Origin: Fibrobacter sp.
GTDB lineage: Bacteria > Fibrobacterota > Fibrobacteria > Fibrobacterales > Fibrobacteraceae
NCBI RefSeq assembly: GCF_017642335.1
Contig: NZ_JAGCPF010000038.1
Length of the DNA stretch: 64,000 nt
Reading direction: 5' to 3' (one strand)
Shown: positions 56,342 to 64,000 of the stretch, in pieces
How the letters are laid out: every line of letters starts with the position of its first letter
Numbering within the stretch: the first letter of the stretch is position 1
Position numbers and translations under genes: made by a program
Notes under the pieces: generated by a model
What the model was told of the DNA's origin: nothing
What the model saw: the letters and a program-made list of their open reading frames with translations, nothing else
The model's database searches: none

Positions 56342-56875
56342 ATGAAATATAGCTCAACAAAGTCCGGCTTTTCGCTCATAGAACTCATGGTTGCCATAGT
56401 CATAATGGGCGTACTTTCTGCGATTGCCGTGCCCAAGCTTTTCGGCCAGATGGCCAAGGCGAAAGCGAGCGAACTGTACTCGTCTGCGGGCAGCTACATT
56501 CACTTGCAAGATACGTACAACGCAGAATACAATGAACGTATCGGTTCTTGGAAAGTTATCGGATATATTATGCCAAGTAACAAAGACTTCAAGTATTATG
56601 AAGGTAACAACGAAGGTGGTGATCCTGCGGCATCGACCGTATCTGTTAACGATGGTGAATCTGCCGCATGGAAGGCGGTGAACAATTTTGCACTCAATGA
56701 TTGCAGTGTGGGGAGTGTTTGGCAAATTGATGTAAGTGCACCTTCCACTACGGCATATAATCTTGAATATAAAGTAAGCATTACGGATGGTGACAATGGT
56801 GCCTGCCATGCAATCACGAGGCACTTCAGCGGGCTCGATTCCCACAACAAAATCGTCGACCCCCCTAACCCGTAA
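56342..56875 (+). CDS. Type IV pilin paralog
   Basis: KSG|FSLIELMVAIVIMGVLSAIAVPKLFG; shares LNDC...W and C-terminal Cys with the neighbouring pilin. Confidence 0.9.
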   Translation: MKYSSTKSGFSLIELMVAIVIMGVLSAIAVPKLFGQMAKAKASELYSSAGSYIHLQDTYNAEYNERIGSWKVIGYIMPSNKDFKYYEGNNEGGDPAASTVSVNDGESAAWKAVNNFALNDCSVGSVWQIDVSAPSTTAYNLEYKVSITDGDNGACHAITRHFSGLDSHNKIVDPPNP

Positions 56876-56939
56876 CCGACCCCATCCACCGCAATTGAAA
56901 AAGGACGAGCCCCGGCCCGTCCTTGGTTTTATATTTATT

Positions 56940-57066
56940 GTGATGAACGATTAGACAACCATTCCGCCAAATCCACGATACGAACACCTTCGTATTGATA
57001 GGGTTCATGTTTTGTTCTGGCTAAAACCATTTTGGGATATGCGTCGTTGATTTTCTTATTTCGCAA
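56940..57066 (-). pseudogene. 3' remnant of an AAA/DUF4143 ATPase
   Basis: Reads KINDAYPKMVLARTKHEPYQYEGVRIVDLAEWL, typical of the C-terminus of this family. Confidence 0.55.
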
Positions 57067-57253
57067 TAATAAAAATGATAAAAATTGCGAAATAGCGGTA
57101 GTTGTAATTTTTTAAATGAAAAAGGACGAGCCACCGGCCCGTCCTTGGTTTTATTGTTCATATTTACATAAAATACAGCATTCGTTATACTATTTGTCAA
57201 TATGAAATGCTCCCTTGCTTGTTTATTTGGGCAAATAATTCTATATTAAGAGC

Positions 57254-57436
57254 ATGGCATTAGCGATAAGCACAGTTCCGGTTTTGACCGATGATGTTGC
57301 GGAGGATTTTGTCCGTCAGGCGGATTATAATTCCAAGCATCTCTCCGGTTCCCAATTCAGCGCCGACAAAGAGGCGTGGTGCCTTCGCATAGTCGAAAAT
57401 TCTAGACTCGACCAGCTAAAAAGAGCAAGGACATGA
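57254..57436 (+). CDS. Small antitoxin-like protein usually found before GNAT toxins
   Basis: MALAISTVPVLTDDVAEDF; TATATT 6 nt upstream; ATGA-coupled to a GNAT remnant. Confidence 0.55.
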   Translation: MALAISTVPVLTDDVAEDFVRQADYNSKHLSGSQFSADKEAWCLRIVENSRLDQLKRART

Positions 57437-57618
57437 TTGTCGATGCGTACAACGAGGAAAGACTTTTGAATTTTTATGCCGATTGCGGATTAAATCCGAT
57501 TTTCAGTTCCGAGGAACAGGAACGTAAGTATCGGCAGATAAATGATGACAAGCGTCTAGAAACTAGATTGTTGTATCGTGACCTTATTTTGCTGAAACGG
57601 CAATCTATACGGAATTAG
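57433..57618 (+). pseudogene. C-terminal remnant of a GNAT acetyltransferase
   Basis: IVDAYN...LNFY...TRLLYRDL matches only the last part of a GNAT fold. Confidence 0.55.
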
Positions 57619-57722
57619 TGAAATATAACGACCCCATCCACAGCAATTGAAAAAGGACGAGCCCCGGCCCGTCCTTGGTTTTAATAAACGTCATCAGAAA
57701 AGTGTCGCTAGGTCAAAATACC

Positions 57723-58019
57723 CTACATCGCATCTTCACTTTCGTACGCTATACTATCGTGGTATAGCGTCTCTGGCGCTACATCGACATTGCCATTATC
57801 CCATGTTACGACGCCATGGAATATGCTTGGGTTGCGGAATATCTTATCATCGTCAAGTACAGAAAAAGCGGAGCCTTTTAGGGAATTTGTGTCAAATAAG
57901 CGCTTTTCTCCCGTAGAGAATGTAAGTAACAGCATTCTGCCCACAAGAGGCTTCGCCTCTGTGACTTTGATGTTCTCCTGAAAAGAACCTGCATAACAAA
58001 TGCCATCCATAATAAACAT
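57723..58019 (-). CDS. DUF2442-like protein (putative TA partner)
   Basis: LLLTFSTGEKRLFD...VVTWDNGNVDVAPETLY. Confidence 0.8.
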   Translation of the reverse strand: MFIMDGICYAGSFQENIKVTEAKPLVGRMLLLTFSTGEKRLFDTNSLKGSAFSVLDDDKIFRNPSIFHGVVTWDNGNVDVAPETLYHDSIAYESEDAM

Positions 58020-58028
58020 AAAAGCAAC

Positions 58029-58295
58029 CTATTTCATCGGTTCAATTTTTTCAAAGTGCTCGCCTTTTACAGCCAGATTCCAGGCCTTGTACGCTTCTTC
58101 TTCATGAAATGCGAGCCAGCCTGTTACCATTTTCAACTGCTTGTGCGGCAAAGAACCTGCTAACAATTCCCCGTCTATACCAATAACAGCCTCATAATCA
58201 CCATAATAGACATGAACATGAGGCTTGTTATGCTGCTTGATATCGCAAAACAGCATATAAATAATCATTCCTGCAAATCGGCTTAGTTCGGGCAT
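58029..58295 (-). CDS. DUF4160-like protein (putative TA partner)
   Basis: MPELSRFAGMIIYM...HNKPHVHVYYG. Confidence 0.85.
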   Translation of the reverse strand: MPELSRFAGMIIYMLFCDIKQHNKPHVHVYYGDYEAVIGIDGELLAGSLPHKQLKMVTGWLAFHEEEAYKAWNLAVKGEHFEKIEPMK

Positions 58296-58397
58296 TTCGA
58301 CCTCAGTAAAGTGTACAACCTGTCAAATTAAAAAAACAAAAAAACTTCTCTGCAAGTTCCTTGTTGTATCGGCGAAAAAGGAAATCTTTTTCTAAAA

Positions 58398-58556
58398 TCA
58401 AATGAGACCGGCCTCTTTCAGAATCAAATCGGCTTTACGGATTTGTTCGGAAAAATTCTGACGTCCACGCATCTTAGTAACGCGTTCTGCCGCAAGGGCG
58501 AACGCAAGGGCTTCTTGCCCTTTTAAGGTGGGTATGGGTCTAATTTCAAGTGCCAT
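58398..58556 (-). CDS. Small antitoxin-like protein, homologous to 57254-57436, with no partner
   Basis: MALEIRPIPTLKGQEALAF; TATATT 6 nt upstream. Confidence 0.55.
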   Translation of the reverse strand: MALEIRPIPTLKGQEALAFALAAERVTKMRGRQNFSEQIRKADLILKEAGLI

Positions 58557-58687
58557 ACTTATAATATAGAATTTATACACTCCAAAAGCAAGCGAAACAA
58601 ACTGCGTCAAGGCCATTCATCGCCAAAAAAGCGTTTTTAGCCGCTTTTTGGCGATAATCGCTGTTTAGTACATCTAAGCGCCCAAGG

Positions 58688-61600
58688 CTAGGGATTCTCT
58701 TCGGTTTCGTCCTTTACTTCGTAGGTGACGGAGCAGAGGACCTTGCCTGAATGCCAGAGGTTGTAGGTGTATGTGCCGGGGGTCTCGGGCGGGTAGGCGT
58801 CCATGTCCACGTATCCGTTGTTGGGCCAGGTGCTGCCGCCCACTCCGTCGCCATACATGCTCCCGTTGTCGCTACGGTTCAGGTCGACCTGCATCGTTTG
58901 GCCGGTGGTGTTCTTGTTCCTGGTCTTGAAGCGGCCGCCCTCGATGTAGCACTGGGCTTCCTCGGCGGGTTCCTCTTCGGTGTAGGTATATTGCACGGAG
59001 CACGCTTCTTCGCCGTTGATGCTCAGCACTATTATATAGTCGCCGGCTTCGGTTATTGCGGGGAGCGGCTCGTTGAACCGGGTGGTCGACGGGCTCGCGC
59101 TCTTGGTGCTGCCCACGGTGTTGCCCAGCTTGTCGAGGTACCACAGCTTGAGGTTGTTGGTGCTGCCCACGGCCAGGTTCAGGTCGGCGGTGAAGCGCTT
59201 GTTCACCTCGTCGATGGCGCAGTTGTCGGCCCTGGAGCCGTTCGCGCCGGTGACGACGGTGATGTCGGCGGTGCAGGAGAGGCCTGCGTAGGTGAGCGTG
59301 TAGCGGTAGTTGCCGGGGGTCGTGTTGATGTTCGGACTCCAGCTGTTCACTTGGCCGTTGCCCTGGTACAAGAGATCCATGGGGGGCTGGCTGCCAACCC
59401 TCGCCTCGATGAGGCAACCGGACGGCGGGCAGTTCGTGACCTTGTAGTTGAGCGAGGGCAGGTTTTCGCCCGGGTTAATCGGTGTCGTGGAACTCAGTGC
59501 GCATGTGAGTTCGTTCGGCTGGACAGTAATGGCTGGCGTCGTGCAGGTTTCCTCTTCGCCGTTGTCCTTGGACTTCGTGGTGACGGTGAAGGTGAACGAA
59601 CGGCTGCCGCCGCTGAGGTTGATGTTCTTCTGCAGGTCGACCGCGGGGATGTAGAATTTTCCATCCACCGAGCAGTCCTTCTCGTCGGTTTTGTAAGAGT
59701 TGTTTACGCCGTTAACCTTGCAGGTCGCGCTGCCCGCATTGACGATGTTGGATGAAATCAGGAAATGGTCTCCATTCAGCTCGGCTGTGCAGCCGTGGAT
59801 GCCCACGCTGTTGGGACAGTCGCTTGAAAGGCTGGAAATGGTAAAGTCATTTGAGCTTGAGAACTCGATGGACACGACCTTTTCGGGGTCGAATTCCTGC
59901 ATATCGGACATCAGGTTCACTTCGCGCGAGAACATGCCATTGCCGCTGATGCGGAATTCCTGCGACTTGAGGCCGTTCGCGTCGTTCATAACCATTGTGA
60001 CGGTGGGTTGGTTCCCGGAGCCGTCATTTTCGGGGAGGCCCTTGATTTCACCTAGGATGCTGGATGACCTGAGGTTTGCGATGCCGCCCGTGACGTTTAC
60101 AACGCAGGAGTTCTGGTTATTGCAGTTGCTGAGATTGAATGATGCTCCCTGAGAGCATTCGTTGATGCTGCCGACCATGAATCTGCCGCAGGTGGCTTCG
60201 TAGGTATGCCCGTTGCCGCCCGTGTTGGAGCAATCGACGACCACGCTCGCGTCGCGCACGGCGCCGGAAATGGTGGTGCCGTTGTAGTCGTAGGTCTTGG
60301 TCATCCCGTGCAAGCCGGCATAGGTAAACTTGTACTTTTCGTTCCTTAGTGTGTTCGCGTTGACACCGCTCACGTAGTACGGGCCGTCGCTATCGGCGCT
60401 GCAACTGCCGCAGTGCGTGGTGCCGTCTAGCCATTTTTCACAAGTATTCTTTCCGTAACCTCCGGCCAGGTCGCAGCCGTTGTAGTGGTAGATTATGGAG
60501 CAGCCGGGACGGAGCTTGTCCGGGTTGTTGGCGTCGCTGAAATAGCTGGATGTGCCCACCCAGGGCTTGACGTCTTCGTTGAGGGGGAGGATGCCGCCTA
60601 GGTAGTGCGCTGCGAACGAACAACTTACCTGCGGCACGTCGAAGCAGTTTTCCGATTCCCAGTCATCGGAGAGCCAGCCGAGGTTCATCACCTTGAAGCA
60701 GTCGTCGGCCATGCTGAGGCCCACATACTCGTCGATGTTCGCGCCGACGGGGAGCTTGACGTTGACCGAGGAACGTACCCAGGTGCCGTCATTTTTTTTG
60801 TAGCTGATTTTTACCTTCGCCGAATCGCCGAACACCTCTATATCGGTGTTGAAAACGATATTCGGTACATCGCCCTTGCTTATCGTGATATTGGGGATGG
60901 TTGTATGGTCGCAATCTCCGCTGTTCTCGTTTTTGATGCCGGAGCCGTCGCCTGTACAAACGCGTACTTCTAAGACGTCGCTGCCGACGTTATTGACCTG
61001 GCTTGCCCTTCCGTAAATTTGGATAATGGCATATTGCGAGGCGTTGTCGTTAGAGCGCAGCATGAAGCCGCTGTTTAGCGGAGAGTAACTGTTCCCTTTT
61101 TTCTCGCGGAAACAGGCCTTGAATCGCGACGTTAGCGTTCCGTGACCGCCTGCTTGAGCGCGGTTCAACAGGTAGGTAATAGAGGCGTTGCTACTATTCG
61201 CATTTTTCCCATTTGAATAGTATATGAATTCGCCTTGCTTGCTTGGTGGCGAGAATGTCTGGCCGTCGTTAGTTCTTGTCACCAACCATTCCGATTTCGG
61301 ATAATTTCCATCACCATCTACTTTGCAGGAATGGCCCTTGCCGCTAGATGTGCACTTGTCAATGCATTTGTTTGAAGACCCGGGGCCGCACCAAATCTCC
61401 ACGTCCTTGAAATCCGTGTAGAAGCAGTGGTTCTCGGGTTGGTTGAATTGTGCGACGACGGTTGTGTCGTGAAGTAGCGAGACCGGTACTTTCCAGCTAG
61501 TCAGGTTGTCTTCCACGGTTCCATCACTGCGCATGAATAGCCACTGGTTGAATTGTTCCCCCGCCTCTTCGATTCTGCGTAGTTCCACATGTTCGCCGGC

Positions 61601-64000
61601 ATATACTGAAATCCTGCATGTGTCGCCTGCGTTACAGGTGCGCTTGGTGATGGCTGATTCGGGGGTGGTTTCGTCGATGATTTGTTTGGAATTGCGTACT
61701 TCCACTTTGGAACTCGTTGCGCCATCCAGGAATACCTTGAGATTGAACAGTTTTGCCTTGTACGACGCGTAGAGCGTGTATGTTTGACCGTCCCTCAAGG
61801 TGGCGATCGAGGAATCAGGAATGAACACATCGCAGTAGGGTGAAATTGTCCTCGACTGCAATTTGACTGCCTCGGGGTTCGCTATGCCGCAAATCCACTT
61901 GTTGTTGGGTTCCTGAGTCGAAGGCTCGGTACAGTTGGGGCGTATCCACTCGCCTGCGGCGGCCGCGACGAGGTTGCCTTCGCAGGTGGGCCTTTGGATT
62001 ATGGAACGGCAGTCAACACCGTTGATTTCCTTGTGGCCGTTGTTGTCGCAGAAACCTGTTTCGGGGATATCCTCGCGCTTTACCGTGGCGGCTCCCACGA
62101 GCCATACAGTCTCGTTTGGAACTAGGCCAATTCTTGCATTGTCGGTTACGGAGAGAATTTCAAAATGGATTTGGTCATTTTCTGCGGCATCCTGTACCTT
62201 GACTCGGAAAATGTCGGTCACGGTTCCCGGTTGCAATGTTACCGAGTATATCTTTGAACCATCGTCTTCGTTTGCGAGCAACGTTACATGGGATCCGACT
62301 TTGGTTACGGTCCAGCCGCTATGGACTTCGGTTACGCGTACTTGCGCTTGCACGGGTTCTCGCTGATTGCCGTCAGTCTCGATTTTTACGTTTACCGTGC
62401 CACCGCCAAAGATGCGCGTTGACGATTCCGTGAAACTTACGGCGGATTTTGCACCAGCTTCGGCATCCACGACTACCCAGAAAGGTATAGTCCCGTAGCT
62501 CTTGTTGGTCGCAGTGTATTCACACCAGTATACGGGGGATGATAGCGGCTTGGAGGTGTAAAGACTTTGATTATCATTTTTGTCGAGATTGGGCGTGCAC
62601 TTTACATTGTTTGATGAGTAGGTTTCCCTGGCTCCGTTCAGGTTGATTAGCTTGAAGTAGTCCGAGAGCTTGCCTGCGGGAGTGTCGCTCAGGTAGGCGA
62701 TGCGCGGTAAGATGACGATGCTCGGCTTGACGGTCGTGTACTGTTTGGAGGTCAGGTTGTCGTACAGGATTTCCTTGTTCCTGCGTTGCGATTCGAGCGT
62801 TATGGAAAGTTGCGGGGCCGTGGCTACGTAGAAACGGTCATAACCTGCTTCTTTATTCAGTTCTTCGCCTTCGCGGTTGGTGTCGTCTGCGCTTTCGTTG
62901 GTTAGGGAGCCGCATGAGCCGAATTCGTCGTATCCGCAGATGACTGAGCTGTCAATCAAGTCTTGCATCAGCTTTTCGTTGAAATTGATGTGTTGGTAAC
63001 CCTGATTTATCTTTCCGATTTTTGAGCAGTTATCGGCAGTTAAGTAAAATGAACCATCCCAGTTTTTCCCGGGGGAACTGTTCTCCAACCAGTCAATATC
63101 TTTTTTGGAATAGATAAAGTAGTTGTGCTTGCCTGAAGCGTTTGATGTGTTGACTGTTCCGGCGCCATTTGCAAGGTAGACGAAAACATTCGTGTTCGCT
63201 GATGTCGGGGGGAATTTTAACATGCTGAATTTAGTATCGGCGATGAAGATATAGTTCCCCTCAAGAGTCCCTTGGGGGTCTTTGAAAATGGAGTTGTCTC
63301 CGCTGCCGTGCAATTTTACGACAAGATATCCATGGTACATCTTGTTGGGCGGGGTCTGGTTGTAGCAGTTCTTTAAACGGCTCATCTGGTATGGACCGTT
63401 GACGCCTTCAATCTTTGCACAGCTGACCTGGTCGGCCAATTTTGAGAATGCGTCGTAGGCTGTGGTAATCACGTCGTCAATTTTATAGTTACTACCGGCG
63501 CACCCTTTTGTTGGCTTGCCGAGGATGCTGTCGCAGAATGTTACAATCGATGTGTCGCAATCCATCTGGGGTGTTGCTATGTTGGTGGCGGTTGCGGCAG
63601 ATGTGAAGAAATCATAGTTCTGGGCTTTTCGTCCGCTTTTACATCCTTGGATCGGTCTGTCATTCGATGTACAGGTTGTCAAGTTCGGCATGTATATGGA
63701 GTAGCCGGATCCCCCGAGTTGCATGTTGGAGACTATATTGTTAGAGGGGCCTGGATAATTGAGAAAGGCGTCGCCATTTTTGATTTTTACGTTCTTTGAT
63801 ACTTTGAATGTTTTCTGATATTCTTGCTGGACATCTATTTTGCCGTTGTTCTCTAGACAAAGATTCCCGGAGACTGTGAATGGCATGGTCTTTTCGGGAT
63901 AGAGTGTTGCTTTTAAAGTCACGTCTTTTGCAAATGATGAACCTTGATTGCCACCAGCGTTACTGATTCTCACATTTTTATCAAAAACGGCATTACCCGA
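58688..64000 (-). CDS. Second giant PilX-like Cys-rich surface protein, 5' end beyond the window
   Basis: Frame is open to position 64000. Shared blocks with 4089-10811: FYVATAPQL/YFIATGTQL, LPRIAYL/LPRVVYL, HCFYTDF/HCFYANF, CSFAAHY/CSFAAKY, YAGLHG/YEGLHG. Confidence 0.85.
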   Translation of the reverse strand, partial: SGNAVFDKNVRISNAGGNQGSSFAKDVTLKATLYPEKTMPFTVSGNLCLENNGKIDVQQEYQKTFKVSKNVKIKNGDAFLNYPGPSNNIVSNMQLGGSGYSIYMPNLTTCTSNDRPIQGCKSGRKAQNYDFFTSAATATNIATPQMDCDTSIVTFCDSILGKPTKGCAGSNYKIDDVITTAYDAFSKLADQVSCAKIEGVNGPYQMSRLKNCYNQTPPNKMYHGYLVVKLHGSGDNSIFKDPQGTLEGNYIFIADTKFSMLKFPPTSANTNVFVYLANGAGTVNTSNASGKHNYFIYSKKDIDWLENSSPGKNWDGSFYLTADNCSKIGKINQGYQHINFNEKLMQDLIDSSVICGYDEFGSCGSLTNESADDTNREGEELNKEAGYDRFYVATAPQLSITLESQRRNKEILYDNLTSKQYTTVKPSIVILPRIAYLSDTPAGKLSDYFKLINLNGARETYSSNNVKCTPNLDKNDNQSLYTSKPLSSPVYWCEYTATNKSYGTIPFWVVVDAEAGAKSAVSFTESSTRIFGGGTVNVKIETDGNQREPVQAQVRVTEVHSGWTVTKVGSHVTLLANEDDGSKIYSVTLQPGTVTDIFRVKVQDAAENDQIHFEILSVTDNARIGLVPNETVWLVGAATVKREDIPETGFCDNNGHKEINGVDCRSIIQRPTCEGNLVAAAAGEWIRPNCTEPSTQEPNNKWICGIANPEAVKLQSRTISPYCDVFIPDSSIATLRDGQTYTLYASYKAKLFNLKVFLDGATSSKVEVRNSKQIIDETTPESAITKRTCNAGDTCRISVYAGEHVELRRIEEAGEQFNQWLFMRSDGTVEDNLTSWKVPVSLLHDTTVVAQFNQPENHCFYTDFKDVEIWCGPGSSNKCIDKCTSSGKGHSCKVDGDGNYPKSEWLVTRTNDGQTFSPPSKQGEFIYYSNGKNANSSNASITYLLNRAQAGGHGTLTSRFKACFREKKGNSYSPLNSGFMLRSNDNASQYAIIQIYGRASQVNNVGSDVLEVRVCTGDGSGIKNENSGDCDHTTIPNITISKGDVPNIVFNTDIEVFGDSAKVKISYKKNDGTWVRSSVNVKLPVGANIDEYVGLSMADDCFKVMNLGWLSDDWESENCFDVPQVSCSFAAHYLGGILPLNEDVKPWVGTSSYFSDANNPDKLRPGCSIIYHYNGCDLAGGYGKNTCEKWLDGTTHCGSCSADSDGPYYVSGVNANTLRNEKYKFTYAGLHGMTKTYDYNGTTISGAVRDASVVVDCSNTGGNGHTYEATCGRFMVGSINECSQGASFNLSNCNNQNSCVVNVTGGIANLRSSSILGEIKGLPENDGSGNQPTVTMVMNDANGLKSQEFRISGNGMFSREVNLMSDMQEFDPEKVVSIEFSSSNDFTISSLSSDCPNSVGIHGCTAELNGDHFLISSNIVNAGSATCKVNGVNNSYKTDEKDCSVDGKFYIPAVDLQKNINLSGGSRSFTFTVTTKSKDNGEEETCTTPAITVQPNELTCALSSTTPINPGENLPSLNYKVTNCPPSGCLIEARVGSQPPMDLLYQGNGQVNSWSPNINTTPGNYRYTLTYAGLSCTADITVVTGANGSRADNCAIDEVNKRFTADLNLAVGSTNNLKLWYLDKLGNTVGSTKSASPSTTRFNEPLPAITEAGDYIIVLSINGEEACSVQYTYTEEEPAEEAQCYIEGGRFKTRNKNTTGQTMQVDLNRSDNGSMYGDGVGGSTWPNNGYVDMDAYPPETPGTYTYNLWHSGKVLCSVTYEVKDETEENP

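Larger units (their letters stand above)
56877..57683 (+). repeat. Three copies of a terminator unit (56877-56931, 57117-57153, 57629-57683)
   Basis: tgaaaaaggacgagcc(a)ccggcccgtccttggtttta; aaggacg/cgtcctt stem plus T tail. Confidence 0.9.

Noticed and set aside
56877-57683. Possible CRISPR array from three ~37-55-bp direct repeats
   Set aside because: Spacers are 185 and 475 bp, unequal and gene-derived; repeats are terminator hairpins; no cas genes
10836-58616. Longest-ORF starts in the track (10836, 13372, 15904, 20638, 25333, 27673, 30746, 31264, 32427, 56094, 56243, 58616)
   Set aside because: Downstream ATGs fit family N-termini, ATGA overlaps or the TATATT spacing better, so starts were reassigned
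1-64000. tRNA, rRNA, integrase or transposase genes
   Set aside because: None recognised by eye on either strand; a tRNAscan/ISEScan run would be needed to exclude them formally

Overview
Bacterial chromosomal window, most likely from Fibrobacter. This is inferred from the characteristic pilin N-terminus GFTLIELMVVIVIMGILAAVAVPKLFGMIAKSKASE and the giant Cys-rich PilX-like proteins. A cell-surface glycan locus sits between two type IV pilin-like regions. Left: a PilV/PilW/giant 2240-aa PilX-like operon. Right: two divergent major-type pilins and a second giant PilX-like paralog that runs off the window edge. The glycan locus has a GC-rich core (wecE, ATP-grasp ligase, oxidoreductase, ArnC/GtrB-like GT2, wzm, wzt N-terminus) and an AT-rich block of glycosyl-, methyl- and acyltransferases. 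The most striking structure is that wzm and the intact wzt are about 22.6 kb apart. The gap holds toxin-antitoxin and defence-like genes, and its distal part is punctuated by four truncated, allelically diverged copies of the wzt promoter/5' end. Three of these are followed by different same-strand cargo, and two stop at the same point in wzt. The same 'repeated landmark plus new cargo' layout recurs with a brnA-like 3' remnant/promoter (3 copies) and a pilin terminator (3 copies). I saw no integrase or transposase in the window. Other notable items: REP-like palindromes inserted in frame in three proteins, a TA(T/C)ATT box 6-10 nt before many start codons, and several TA modules that have lost the toxin. 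All family calls come from motif recognition by eye; no database searches were run.
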